Source of the DNA: Alphaproteobacteria bacterium
GTDB lineage: Bacteria > Pseudomonadota > Alphaproteobacteria > Rs-D84
Length of the DNA stretch: 48,469 bases
Direction of reading: 5' to 3'
NCBI GenBank assembly: GCA_017616975.1
Contig: JAFZXC010000041.1
Span: 1 to 48,469, forward strand
The position numbers and the translations under genes are program-made. Positions 28,405 to 38,209 of this stretch are shown in pieces. The notes beneath the pieces were generated by a model. It searched no databases, had not been told where the DNA came from, and saw only the letters and a program-made list of their open reading frames with translations. Each line of letters begins with the position of its first letter. Positions within the stretch are counted from its first letter, which is position 1.

Positions 28405-29274
28405 TTAAATTGTTCGTTTTGGACGCAATGTTTTGTCTTGTACCGTTCCAACGCCAATGAATCTATCGCCGCTGTATACACGATATAATCCGTCATCATG
28501 CGCCACTTGGATAAAGCCGCCATGAACATAAAGCCCAGCAGTTCTATCGTCCAGATCAAGAACCGGAATGTCCCCCAGTCCAGAATCTGTCGGCATCAAG
28601 TATTGTTTGATGTCGCCACCATTATTCACCAGATTTTCCAGAAAATCAAGTGTGACGGCGTTTTTTATGTCAAACCCTACCGATTTTGTGCGGCGAATCA
28701 TTGTGGCAACGCCATATGTATCAAGCCTTTGCGCAATGTCGTGGGCAAGACTGCGCACATATGTGCCACGTGAACACACAACACGAAAACCAAACGAATC
28801 GTTTGTTTTTCCGGTATATTCCAGTTCATAAATATGAATTTGTCGTGGTGGAATATCGATGTTTTGACCTTTTCGTGCCGCCATATATGCACGTACGCCC
28901 CCAACGTGTACAGCCGAATATGTTGGCGGCGTTTGCATTTGTTCACCAATAAACGATGGCAAAACAGCACGTATTTCGTCTTCATCTGGAACACGTCCGC
29001 CATCATGCGTTGTTGTCCCCGTGACATCAAGCGTATCTGTTTCAACGCCAAATTTTATTTCAAAAAGATATTCTTTGGTTTTTGAATTCAAATCTTCAAC
29101 AAAAGGAATCATTTTTGTTGCGGCACCAATAGCAATTGGTAAAACCCCAGATGCCATCGGGTCCAACGTGCCAATGTGTCCAAACTTTTTATTTTTAAAC
29201 ATGCGGGCAACACGACCGCCTGCGGTACGTGAAAACATGCCAGATGCTTTATCAAGAATTATCCATCCGTCCAT
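28405..29274 (-). CDS. truB: tRNA pseudouridine-55 synthase TruB
   Basis: [16 protein letters not shown] is the catalytic Asp motif. 289 aa. Confidence 0.9.
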   Translation of the reverse strand: MDGWIILDKASGMFSRTAGGRVARMFKNKKFGHIGTLDPMASGVLPIAIGAATKMIPFVEDLNSKTKEYLFEIKFGVETDTLDVTGTTTHDGGRVPDEDEIRAVLPSFIGEQMQTPPTYSAVHVGGVRAYMAARKGQNIDIPPRQIHIYELEYTGKTNDSFGFRVVCSRGTYVRSLAHDIAQRLDTYGVATMIRRTKSVGFDIKNAVTLDFLENLVNNGGDIKQYLMPTDSGLGDIPVLDLDDRTAGLYVHGGFIQVAHDDGLYRVYSGDRFIGVGTVQDKTLRPKRTI

Positions 29275-29277
29275 ATC

Positions 29278-31806
29278 TTATCCAAACAGATTTAATTGGG
29301 TTTTGTTCGCATCAGGTGATTCAATGCGTAATGACTTTTTGTTTCCAGATGATTGGGCAACTTTTGCTTCGGCTTGCACAGGGGTGCGTGTTTCAAGTTC
29401 GGCCAACACGTTTGATGCACGATTAACGACGCTTTCTGGCATGCCAGCCATGCGTGCAACATGAATTCCATATGAACGGCTTGCAACCCCAGAAACAATT
29501 TTATGCATAAATATAATATCGTTATTGTGTTCACGAACGTCAATTGTTAAACATGCAACGTTTCGCAATTTATCAGCATCATCACCAACAAGCGCAGTTA
29601 ATTCGTGATAATGTGTCGCAAAAAGTGTTCGTGGACACATTCCATTCATATATTCAAGAACCGCCTGGGCAATCGCCATACCATCATATGTTGCAGTTCC
29701 ACGCCCTATTTCATCAAAAATGATAAACGATTTCTCGGTTGCACGACGCAAGATATTTGCGGTTTCTGCCATTTCAACCATAAATGTAGATTGTCCAGCA
29801 GCCAAGTTATCGGATGCACCAACACGACTGAATAATTGATCGCAAATTCCAATTGTTGCACGTGTTGCAGGAACAAAAGATCCCATGTGTGCCAATGCAA
29901 CAATTAATGCGTTCTGGCGCAGGTATGTTGATTTACCAGCCATGTTTGGTCCCGTCAATAACGCAATTGGTTTTATGTTTAAATTGCAATCGTTTTTTAC
30001 AAATGCATCACCGTTTTTGCGAAGAGCGTATTCGATAACCGGATGACGTCCACCAACAATGTCAAATGCATTATCATTTGTTATGTCTGGACAAACCCAA
30101 TCGTATTCGCATGCGCATTTGGCCAGTGCATACCATGTGTCCAGATCTGCAAGCATATCCGCAGTGGATAAAATGCTGTCGGAAATATCACGAATTTTAT
30201 CGGTTAATTTTTCTATAATTTCTGCCTCAATCCCGGCGGCCTTTTCCGCAGCATTGCGCACATCATTATCAAGATTGATAAGTTGTTCAGTGGTAAAACG
30301 GACATTCCCCGCCATTGTTTGACGATGTATAAATCCAGAGTTTGCCGCCATCATGCCATCTGCACGAGTTGATGGAACTTCGATAAAATAACCAAGAATG
30401 TTATTGTATTTTATCTTTAATGTATGAACGCCTGTCTGGGCGGCATATTGTGCCTGGAGGCCGGCAATTGTTTCACGTGCACCATGGGAAAGATTGCGCA
30501 TGTTATCCAGTGCTAAATCAAAGCCATCACGAATAACGCCACCATCACGGAAAAATGTCGGTAATTCATCCGCCAATGCCGATCGCAATTCAAGCGCCAA
30601 TTCATTGTGTGTGTTTATTTCACAGAATCGTTTTGCTAAACCAGAATCCAGACGTTCGCCCAACATTTTTGCGTTTGGCAATTCGGTCAAGAAGTCGCAT
30701 ATGTGTTTCATATCACGTGGCGTACCACGTCCCGACAATAATCGTGCCAAAGAACGTCCAACGTCCGGCAATGATTCAAGCGTTGTTGCAACAACACCCA
30801 TAACGTTTGGATTCATTACCATGTGTGAAATGTGTTCTTGGCGGGCATGAATTACATTTATATCCGCAACAAGAGAACGCAGATATCCACGCAGTTTACG
30901 TGCACCAGCCGCCGTCTTGGTTTTATCAATTACGTCCAAAAGACATATTCCACCATCGTTTATCGGGGAATCTATTTCCAAACTTTTCCATGTTGCAGAA
31001 TCAATTAATAAAGAACGGCCAGAATTAAATTCATGTGGTGCCCGAAAAGTTATTTCTGCGCCACGCTGGGTGTTAAACAAGTATCCAGCCAACAAACAAA
31101 TCGCATCGTGTGATTTTGTCGCAACCCCAGCATCAATCGCACCACCGAATACACGTGAAACAATCAAACCGATGTCGGACCGTACATACATTTTTTCGTA
31201 TACAGGCGTTGTTTTAAACGCATCACGTATGTGCATTATTGTGTCGTTTTCGGCAACAGAATACGGATATATTATTTCAGCAGGCGCAATACGAACCATG
31301 TCGTCAATCAGATCCGTAGATTTGCCAATAAAAAATTCACCCGTTGAAATATCACAGCCCGCAATATCAAACGTGTCTTTATCAATTGGTGATACGGCAA
31401 TCAAGAAATTCGCATTTTTTGGGTTTAATAAATTTTCATCTGTTAATGTGCCTGGGGTCAAAACACGTATAACCCTGCGGTCAATATATTTATGTCCACG
31501 CATTTTTGCCTGGGCCGGAGTTTCCATTTGTTCAACCAATGCAACTTTGAACCCGGCACGGACAAGTCGTCCAAAATAATTATCTGCGGCGTGCCATGGA
31601 ATACCACACATTGGAATGTTTTCGCCGTCGCCATCAGAACCGCGTGATGTTAAAACAAGCCCCAGATTTTCACTTATTACCTTGGCATCTTCGAAAAAGG
31701 CTTCGTAAAAATCACCAAGGCGAAACATAAGCAACGCTTCTGGATTTTCTGCCTTCATGTCAACATACTGTTGCATTACTGGGGTAAGTTTGTTTTTTTC
31801 TGGCAC
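29278..31806 (-). CDS. mutS: DNA mismatch repair protein MutS
   Basis: 842 aa: TPVMQQYVDMK, the FYE motif (GDFYEAFFEDA), Walker A GPNMAGKST and the TATYDGMAIA region. Confidence 0.95.
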   Translation of the reverse strand: MPEKNKLTPVMQQYVDMKAENPEALLMFRLGDFYEAFFEDAKVISENLGLVLTSRGSDGDGENIPMCGIPWHAADNYFGRLVRAGFKVALVEQMETPAQAKMRGHKYIDRRVIRVLTPGTLTDENLLNPKNANFLIAVSPIDKDTFDIAGCDISTGEFFIGKSTDLIDDMVRIAPAEIIYPYSVAENDTIMHIRDAFKTTPVYEKMYVRSDIGLIVSRVFGGAIDAGVATKSHDAICLLAGYLFNTQRGAEITFRAPHEFNSGRSLLIDSATWKSLEIDSPINDGGICLLDVIDKTKTAAGARKLRGYLRSLVADINVIHARQEHISHMVMNPNVMGVVATTLESLPDVGRSLARLLSGRGTPRDMKHICDFLTELPNAKMLGERLDSGLAKRFCEINTHNELALELRSALADELPTFFRDGGVIRDGFDLALDNMRNLSHGARETIAGLQAQYAAQTGVHTLKIKYNNILGYFIEVPSTRADGMMAANSGFIHRQTMAGNVRFTTEQLINLDNDVRNAAEKAAGIEAEIIEKLTDKIRDISDSILSTADMLADLDTWYALAKCACEYDWVCPDITNDNAFDIVGGRHPVIEYALRKNGDAFVKNDCNLNIKPIALLTGPNMAGKSTYLRQNALIVALAHMGSFVPATRATIGICDQLFSRVGASDNLAAGQSTFMVEMAETANILRRATEKSFIIFDEIGRGTATYDGMAIAQAVLEYMNGMCPRTLFATHYHELTALVGDDADKLRNVACLTIDVREHNNDIIFMHKIVSGVASRSYGIHVARMAGMPESVVNRASNVLAELETRTPVQAEAKVAQSSGNKKSLRIESPDANKTQLNLFG

Positions 31807-31817
31807 GTTCGCATCCG

Positions 31818-32030
31818 TTATTGTTGGGATGATACTTTTAATTCTTCGATTTTTAATTCTGCTTCTTTCAGCATTTGTTCACAGTATGCCTTTAACTTGA
31901 TGCCTTGTTCATATGCAGCGACAGATTGGTCCAATGGCATTTCACCAGATTCCATTTTTTTAACCAAATCTGTTAACTGTTTGTATGCTTCTTCGAATGA
32001 TAATTTGTTTTCTTCCATTTTATCCCCCAC
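31818..32030 (-). CDS. xseB: Exodeoxyribonuclease VII small subunit
   Basis: 70 aa: LSFEEAYKQLTDLVKKMESGEMPLDQSVAAYEQG. Confidence 0.85.
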   Translation of the reverse strand: MGDKMEENKLSFEEAYKQLTDLVKKMESGEMPLDQSVAAYEQGIKLKAYCEQMLKEAELKIEELKVSSQQ

Positions 32031-32049
32031 TGTATTACGGATTGTCTGC

Positions 32050-32349
32050 CTATATTGGTAATGATATGCCAGCAGTTGCGTCGTTCATTACCTTGTCAAT
32101 GATTTCATCTGCTTTTGTTTTGGCATCATGTATCGCAGATAAAACAATTTGTGCAATTTGGTCTGCGCTGTGATTGGATATATCATCACGCAGTTTAATT
32201 GATAACAAATCATATTTGCCGGTCATTTCGACAACACAAGCACCACCATCTGCAATACCACGCACAGTCGTTTTTGCCAACTTTTCCTGGGCAACAGCAA
32301 CACTGTCCTGCAAGGCTTTTGCTTGAGCCATTAAGTCGTTCATCTCCAT
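32050..32349 (-). CDS. ybaB: YbaB/EbfC nucleoid-associated protein
   Basis: 99 aa: MNDLMAQAKALQDSVAVAQEKLAKTTVRGIADGGACVVEMTGKYDLLSIKL. Confidence 0.85.
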   Translation of the reverse strand: MEMNDLMAQAKALQDSVAVAQEKLAKTTVRGIADGGACVVEMTGKYDLLSIKLRDDISNHSADQIAQIVLSAIHDAKTKADEIIDKVMNDATAGISLPI

Positions 32350-32373
32350 TTCTTGATCCCGCCTTGTTCAAGT

Positions 32374-32404
32374 TTAATTGTGCCTCATGACGAGGCACAA
32401 TTAA
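32374..32404 (-). promoter_or_regulatory. 13-bp perfect stem-loop immediately 3' of pnp, with no U-tract
   Basis: TTAATTGTGCCTC-(5 nt)-GAGGCACAATTAA begins 5 nt after the pnp stop. On the sense strand it is followed by ACTTGAAC, not a T-run. Confidence 0.6.
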
Positions 32405-32409
32405 GTTTC

Positions 32410-34575
32410 TTATTTAACTTCTTTACCGGTCTTCTGGTCGATTCCAACCATTGACATACGTGTTTTGCCACGTTTGTCTGCACCAAGATAGCGGACAAAT
32501 ACTTTGTCGCCTTCTTTGATTTTGGTGTCTTCGATTTTTGCAATGCGTTCACCGGTGATTTCAGAAATGTGAACCATTGATTCAAAACCGTTCAAGATTT
32601 TTACAAACAGACCAAAGTCTTTGATGCCAGATACGACACCGGCATAGATTTCACCAACTTCTGGTTCGGCAACAATGTCTTTGATGCGTGCGATTGCAGC
32701 ATCCGCATCTTCTTTTGATGTTGCCATGATTTTGATTGTACCATCATCAGCCAAATCAATTGATGTATTCGTGTCACGGGTCAAAGCCTGGATTACAGAA
32801 CCGCCCTTGCCAATCACATCACGAACTTTGTCTGGGTTGATTTTCATGGTATAGCTTTGTGGGGCAAATTCGGACACAGATTTACGTGGTGCCTTAATCG
32901 CCTTTTCAATTTTGCCCAAGATGTGCATACGGCCATCTTTTGCCTGGGCCAATGCGTGTTCCATGATTTCAAATGTAATGGATGTAATTTTGATATCCAT
33001 TTGCAATGCTGTGATACCACGATTGGTTCCAGTCACTTTAAAGTCCATGTCACCAAGGTGGTCTTCATCACCCAAAATGTCGGTCAAAATCGCATAGTCG
33101 TCGCCTTCTTTGATAAGACCCATTGCAATACCGGCAACCGGGCGTGTTAATGGCACACCGCCATCCATCATCGCCAATGTTGCACCGCATGTTGTCGCCA
33201 TTGAAGATGAACCGTTTGATTCCAAAATATCCGATACAACACGGATGACGTAATCAAACTTTTCACGTGTCGGCACCATTGGGTGCAATGCACGCCATGC
33301 CAAATTACCATGACCTAATTCACGACGACCTGGGGATTTCAAACCCTTTGCTTCGCCAACAGAATAACCCGGGAAGTTATAGTTCAAGATAAAATCACGT
33401 TCTTCGGCACCATCCAAACTTTCGATTGGTAATGCGTCTTTGTCGCCACCCAATGTTAATGATACTAATGCCTGGGTTTCACCACGGGTGAAAAGCGCCG
33501 AGCCGTGTGCACGTGGCAATACGCCCAATTCAATTTCAATTGGACGAACCGTTTTCGTGTCACGCCCATCAATACGAGGTTTGCCAGCCAAGATATTGCC
33601 ACGCATGATACGTGCAGTTATACCTTCGACAATTTCATCAGCAAACGATTCCAATGTTGATGTTGCGACAATTGTATCTGGGAACAATTCTGGGATACGT
33701 GCTTTTGCCTGGGCATGAATGTTGGCCAATGTTTCAAGACGTGTTAATTTTTCTTTGATTTGCAATGCTTCTTCAATTTGGCCTGCAAATTGTTCAAAGT
33801 CTTTTTCCATTGTGACGTATTCTGCCGTCTTTTCAGGTGTTGCCCAGCGTTCTTTGCCGGCTTTTTCTGTCAATTCGTTAATTGCAGCAATAACAGTCTG
33901 TTGTGCATCAAAACCGAATTTAACGGCACCCAAAGTTGTCTTTTCATCCAGTTCGCCGATTTCAGATTCGACCATCAAAACGCCATCTTTTGTTGCAGCC
34001 ACAACCAAATCCATTTCAGATTCTTCAATGGCCTTTTTGGATGGATTAAGGATATATTTACCATCTGCATAACCGACACGTGCCGCACCAATTGGTCCCG
34101 CAAACGGAACCCCAGAAAGTGCCAACGCAGCAGAAGATGCAATCATTGCCAAAACATCAGGTTGATTCTTTTTATCGTACGAAAATGTTTGTGCGATAAT
34201 TTGAACCTTGTTCTTGAATGTTTCTGGGAACAACGGACGGATTGGACGATCGATTAAACGTGCAATCAATGTTTCGTTTGTCGATGCCTTGCCTTCACGT
34301 CTATCCCGAGAGCCCGGAATACGACCCGCAGATGCAAATTTTTCCTGGTAATCAACGGTTAATGGGAAAAAGTCTTGACCTTCGACAGCCGTTTTTTCGG
34401 CGCATACAGTTGCCAAAACCATTGTTCCACCCATTGTCGCCAAAACGGCACCATTTGCTTGCTTTGCCATACGACCGGTTTCCAGACGTAATGTTTCATC
34501 ACCATATTGAACTTCGACCACCACTGGGTTGTTCAAATGTTTTTTATCGTCTTTGTTTAATAAACCAAATAACAT
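32410..34575 (-). CDS. pnp: Polyribonucleotide nucleotidyltransferase (PNPase)
   Basis: 721 aa with two RNase PH domains, then KH (VIGKGGSVIQAL) and S1 (GEIYAGVVSGIKDFGLFVKI). AGGAGA Shine-Dalgarno. Confidence 0.95.
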   Translation of the reverse strand: MLFGLLNKDDKKHLNNPVVVEVQYGDETLRLETGRMAKQANGAVLATMGGTMVLATVCAEKTAVEGQDFFPLTVDYQEKFASAGRIPGSRDRREGKASTNETLIARLIDRPIRPLFPETFKNKVQIIAQTFSYDKKNQPDVLAMIASSAALALSGVPFAGPIGAARVGYADGKYILNPSKKAIEESEMDLVVAATKDGVLMVESEIGELDEKTTLGAVKFGFDAQQTVIAAINELTEKAGKERWATPEKTAEYVTMEKDFEQFAGQIEEALQIKEKLTRLETLANIHAQAKARIPELFPDTIVATSTLESFADEIVEGITARIMRGNILAGKPRIDGRDTKTVRPIEIELGVLPRAHGSALFTRGETQALVSLTLGGDKDALPIESLDGAEERDFILNYNFPGYSVGEAKGLKSPGRRELGHGNLAWRALHPMVPTREKFDYVIRVVSDILESNGSSSMATTCGATLAMMDGGVPLTRPVAGIAMGLIKEGDDYAILTDILGDEDHLGDMDFKVTGTNRGITALQMDIKITSITFEIMEHALAQAKDGRMHILGKIEKAIKAPRKSVSEFAPQSYTMKINPDKVRDVIGKGGSVIQALTRDTNTSIDLADDGTIKIMATSKEDADAAIARIKDIVAEPEVGEIYAGVVSGIKDFGLFVKILNGFESMVHISEITGERIAKIEDTKIKEGDKVFVRYLGADKRGKTRMSMVGIDQKTGKEVK

Positions 34576-34688
34576 ACTTTATTCTCCTGTTTTATTTATT
34601 TTTTTTCTTATACGACGGAGAAAAATTATTCATTATTGCACTCTTGTTCTAAGCGCAAAAAAGAACAATTTAGCCCCCGCCGAATGCG

Positions 34689-34716
34689 ATTATAGAGCAT
34701 ATTTAAACGTTTGCAA
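34689..34716 (-). promoter_or_regulatory. Sigma70-like promoter candidate for the pnp operon
   Basis: The minus strand reads TTGCAA, 16-nt spacer, TATAAT, about 110 nt upstream of the pnp ATG. The -35 element sits at the centre of an imperfect 22-bp palindrome (34703-34724). Confidence 0.5.
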
Positions 34717-34745
34717 ACATTTAATAGTATTTTTTATGCGATTTT

Positions 34746-35342
34746 TTATATCAAACAAGCCAGTGCAGCACTGGTGTTTTTAAGCATAAACCAACCAATA
34801 CGATAGTTGGTCATGTATACCGTGGCCATGAACAGCCCCAGCATAGCAATTACCAAGATAACGTTAGACTTTTTCCCACGCATACAATATGCGCTGATGT
34901 TATAAAACAAAAACAACACATATGCATCGCACAAAAGACTTATTATCCAAAGTGATGTGCAATTAAATGCCAATGCGTTTAATACCAAAACCAATGGATA
35001 TACGAACATTATGGACGATAATCCCTTAATCGCAATTTCCCAGTCACGTTCGCCACCGGTTATTTCGGAAACCAACATAAGTAATCCGCCACAAACAAAC
35101 AACAGTGCAACTGCTAATACAGGCATAATGATAACCGCTGTGAATACAGCACCAATCGTGATTGTTGCGCCACCCAGCAACCTTATACCCAAAACCAAAC
35201 ATCCGCCAATAAGACCGTAAATGAATGCCTTGAACATAGATTCATCCAAATTACCATCGGCAACAATTTTCGTAAAATACCGTTTTGGATTTACAATAAT
35301 ATCCCAGAAATGATTTTTGCGTGCGCTGGTCTTTTGTCTCAT
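34746..35342 (-). CDS. Polytopic membrane protein, Yip1-domain-like
   Basis: 198 aa. The N-terminal FWDIIVNPKRYF segment followed by about 5 TM helices resembles bacterial Yip1/DUF1282 architecture. The family assignment is tentative. Confidence 0.5.
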   Translation of the reverse strand: MRQKTSARKNHFWDIIVNPKRYFTKIVADGNLDESMFKAFIYGLIGGCLVLGIRLLGGATITIGAVFTAVIIMPVLAVALLFVCGGLLMLVSEITGGERDWEIAIKGLSSIMFVYPLVLVLNALAFNCTSLWIISLLCDAYVLFLFYNISAYCMRGKKSNVILVIAMLGLFMATVYMTNYRIGWFMLKNTSAALACLI

Positions 35343-35360
35343 CTTTTCACTTCCTTTGGT

Positions 35361-35388
35361 TTGATTATTTATATTTTTGCTTTATAAT
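35361..35388 (+). promoter_or_regulatory. Sigma70-like promoter candidate for der
   Basis: TTGATT, 16-nt spacer, TATAAT. It shares an identical 16-nt block GTTTGATTATTTATAT with the rnpA upstream region. Confidence 0.5.
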
Positions 35389-35413
35389 TGCAAAAAAGCA
35401 ACGAGAAAATGAT

Positions 35414-36748
35414 ATGAAAATAGTAATAGCGGGACGCCCCAACACGGGCAAGTCGACATTATTTAATGGATTGACGGGAACACGTGATGCTCTTGTGCAT
35501 GATCGGCCCGGGGTCACACGTGATACTCTTGTTGGAACGGTGCTTAATCGTGATTATGAAATAACAGATACGGCGGGTCTGGAAAACGCAAAGTCTGGGA
35601 TTGCACATGATTCTACGGATATGGCAATTGGTGCAATCGCAATGGCGGATGCAATTTTGTTTGTTGTTGACGGACGTGTCGGTATAACGGGCGAAGATAT
35701 GGATTGGGCTCGTATCGTTCATCGTAAAACAAAATCACCCGTATTGTTATTGGTAAACAAAAGCGAATCGAAAAACAGATTGGCCGCAATTGAAGAATTT
35801 TATAAATTGGGATTTGGTGCGCCAGTATTGGTTTCTGCGGAACATAAACGTGGATTTGATGAAATATACGAATTTATGGATAAAATCGCCGGCGAAACAA
35901 CACAAAAAACACCGGAAAATGCCGCCCCAGAACGCATAAAAATCGCAATTTTGGGTCAACCAAATGTCGGTAAATCGACGTTTGTAAATCGGGTGCTGGG
36001 TGAAAAGCGTCAAATTGTCCAAGATGCACCGGGGATAACACGTGATACGGTTAAAATACCAACAACTTTTTATGGTCGTGACATCGTGTTAATGGATACG
36101 GCGGGTCTGCGCCGCAAGGCGGGTGTCACAGACGATGTGGAAACTTTGTCTGCATTAAAATCGTTGGACGCTATTGACAAGGCGGATGTTGTTATATTAA
36201 TGGTTGATGCAACACGCAATATTGAAAACCAGGCGTTGTCTATTGCGGGTCGTGTATATGATGCCGGTAAAATTTTATGTGTCGCATTAAACAAATGGGA
36301 TTTAGTCGAACCAGAAATTCGTGATGACAAGTTGCTGAAATTAAAGCATCAGTTTACAAATTCTTTTCATCAAATTATAAAACCGCTTATTTTGGCGGTG
36401 TCGGCGGAAACAGGAACAGGTGTGCAAAATATGTTTCGTCGTATTTATGAACAATGGGATTTGTCATCGGCAACGGTGCCAACAAGTTTATTAAATCGTA
36501 TTGTTGAAAAATTGGTCGAATCACGCCAGCCACCAATGTCACGCCTTAAACGGCCAATGAAGATTAAGTTTGCACGCCAAGTTGGACGCCACCCAATGCG
36601 TATCGCAATTAATGTTGGTGGTGCATCCGATATTCCAGAATCTTATACACGGTATTTGCGGCGTGGTATTGCAACAGAATTAAAATGGGAACATTTACCA
36701 ATCATCATCGAATATGACAAGGCTGAAAACCCGTTTGATAAACAATAA
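35414..36748 (+). CDS. der: Ribosome-associated GTPase Der (EngA)
   Basis: Two G domains (GRPNTGKSTLFN and GQPNVGKSTFVN) plus a KH-like C-terminus. I take the start at MKIVIAGRPN (ATG 35414), not the longer track ORF, which overlaps the neighbouring gene. Confidence 0.95.
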   Translation: MKIVIAGRPNTGKSTLFNGLTGTRDALVHDRPGVTRDTLVGTVLNRDYEITDTAGLENAKSGIAHDSTDMAIGAIAMADAILFVVDGRVGITGEDMDWARIVHRKTKSPVLLLVNKSESKNRLAAIEEFYKLGFGAPVLVSAEHKRGFDEIYEFMDKIAGETTQKTPENAAPERIKIAILGQPNVGKSTFVNRVLGEKRQIVQDAPGITRDTVKIPTTFYGRDIVLMDTAGLRRKAGVTDDVETLSALKSLDAIDKADVVILMVDATRNIENQALSIAGRVYDAGKILCVALNKWDLVEPEIRDDKLLKLKHQFTNSFHQIIKPLILAVSAETGTGVQNMFRRIYEQWDLSSATVPTSLLNRIVEKLVESRQPPMSRLKRPMKIKFARQVGRHPMRIAINVGGASDIPESYTRYLRRGIATELKWEHLPIIIEYDKAENPFDKQ

Positions 36749-36750
36749 AA

Positions 36751-36770
36751 ACACCGGCATTTGCCGGTGT
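36751..36770. terminator. Bidirectional intrinsic terminator (der / infC junction)
   Basis: AAAA-ACACCGGCATTTGCCGGTGT-TTTTT. Confidence 0.8.
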
Positions 36771-36785
36771 TTTTTGATGTTTTTA

Positions 36786-37337
36786 TTATTGCTTAACTGG
36801 GGCAATAATAATTGATTTTGTTCGTTCGTCTGGTTTTGATTTTGATTCCAGTGTTGCACGACCATCAACAAGTTCCAATATGCGTGCAAATAATTCTGGA
36901 ATTGCATCCTTAGCGCGAGCCAGCACCTTTTTATTTCCGTGTTTCATAACGGCAATTTTAACCTTGTTCCCGTTATCCAAAAATTCAAACACCTTTTTCA
37001 TTTTGATGTTCAAATCATTTTCTTCAATAAAAGGTCGTATCCAAACTTCTTTTACTTCGACAGTTTTTTGGTTTTTGCGAGCCTCGTTCGCACGTTTCTT
37101 CTGTTCGTATTTGAATTTGCCATAGTCCATAATTTTTACAATTGGTGGAACATTATTGGCATTGATTTCAACCAGATCCAGACCATCTTCAGATGCAATT
37201 TGTAGCGCTTGGTCGGTTGGCATAACGCCAAGGTTTTTGCCGTCTGCGGTTATCACCTGGACAGATTTGGCGAATATGCGATTGTTCATACGTGGCCCAA
37301 CGTCACGACGATTATCATGATTCATAGCAGGTTTAAT
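36786..37337 (-). CDS. infC: Translation initiation factor IF-3, inferred AUU start
   Basis: IMDYGKFKYEQKK and the rest are typical of IF3. AAGGAG (37344-37349) is 18 nt from the first ATG (37325) but 6 nt from an in-frame ATT at 37337 (ATT AAA CCT GCT ATG). Confidence 0.85.
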   Translation of the reverse strand: MKPAMNHDNRRDVGPRMNNRIFAKSVQVITADGKNLGVMPTDQALQIASEDGLDLVEINANNVPPIVKIMDYGKFKYEQKKRANEARKNQKTVEVKEVWIRPFIEENDLNIKMKKVFEFLDNGNKVKIAVMKHGNKKVLARAKDAIPELFARILELVDGRATLESKSKPDERTKSIIIAPVKQ

Positions 37338-37379
37338 GTTACGCTCCTTTTTTATTTATAGATAGATTATTTATTATTT

Positions 37380-38129
37380 TTACGCTGTTTTCAACAATTT
37401 TTGTATGTTTTGTAATGCGTCCCAAACATCACGTTTTGCAGATGGTTTTAGTGCTAGATAATTGGGGTGATATATTGGTATTAATTTTGCACCGCCGTCC
37501 ATGTCAATTGGAACACCATGCCCGCTTGATAATTGGACATGCCCAAATTCAACCGCAGGCAGTGAACCCAAAGTCAATATAACAGTTGGGCTTAACATTC
37601 CAATAAGTCTTGTGACAAATGGTTTTGCCAAATCCAGTTCTTGTTTTGTTGGTGTTCGTCCCCCCGGGGTGCGCCAAAACAACATTGGAATAATCGACAC
37701 CGAATCACGTGACATGTCAATCGCACCAAGCATCTTGTCAATCATGTCGCCAGCCGTCCCAGATAAAATTTGGCCAGAAGCGTCATCTTCGGTCCCAGGC
37801 ATATCGGTAAGAACGATAACACCATTTGGATTTGGTGCAATGTGTGGCAAAACAACGTTTGTTGCACTGCGTCGCAACGGATGATTAAATTCCCCAATCA
37901 TACGACACAGCGAATCGATATCGCCTGGACGTGCTGCCATTGATTCGACCGTTGATAAAGATATTGTTTGCACGGGCACAATTGGCGGAACAATTGTTGG
38001 CGTCCCCGGTAATGCGCCCGGGGCTTGTTTTTGAACACTTGGTTTTTCGCATGTTGGTATGTTGGGCGTTTCATTTATTTCCCACATGACACCACACAAC
38101 AGCAAATCTTTTAATTCTTCATGCGGCAT
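37380..38129 (-). CDS. Uracil-DNA glycosylase superfamily protein (family-4-like, with N-terminal extension)
   Basis: The C-terminal half has LTDMPGTEDDASGQILSGTAGDMIDKML...WRTPGGRTPT...IYHPNYL, matching the UDG family-4-type motif order. I prefer the start at MPHEELKDLL (ATG 38129) because the longer ORF would cover the pal promoter. Confidence 0.75.
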   Translation of the reverse strand: MPHEELKDLLLCGVMWEINETPNIPTCEKPSVQKQAPGALPGTPTIVPPIVPVQTISLSTVESMAARPGDIDSLCRMIGEFNHPLRRSATNVVLPHIAPNPNGVIVLTDMPGTEDDASGQILSGTAGDMIDKMLGAIDMSRDSVSIIPMLFWRTPGGRTPTKQELDLAKPFVTRLIGMLSPTVILTLGSLPAVEFGHVQLSSGHGVPIDMDGGAKLIPIYHPNYLALKPSAKRDVWDALQNIQKLLKTA

Positions 38130-38144
38130 TTTAAGTGTTTTCCC

Positions 38145-38173
38145 TTGCTTTTTTAGATGCTTTGCTATAAAAT
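38145..38173 (+). promoter_or_regulatory. Promoter candidate for pal
   Basis: TTGCTT, 17-nt spacer, TAAAAT. An AAGGGAG Shine-Dalgarno precedes ATG 38210. Confidence 0.4.
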
Positions 38174-38209
38174 ATACCACGAGTAACAAAAACTCAAGGG
38201 AGTATTTTC

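Noticed and set aside
30917-31579. A 220-aa plus-strand ORF inside mutS. Similar cases are 4438-4971, 21427-21936, 41101-41493, 42111-42656 and 44594-45097.
   Set aside because: All are embedded antisense in genes with unambiguous motifs. They have no independent start signals, and their amino-acid composition is Ser/Pro/Arg-skewed as expected for antisense frames.
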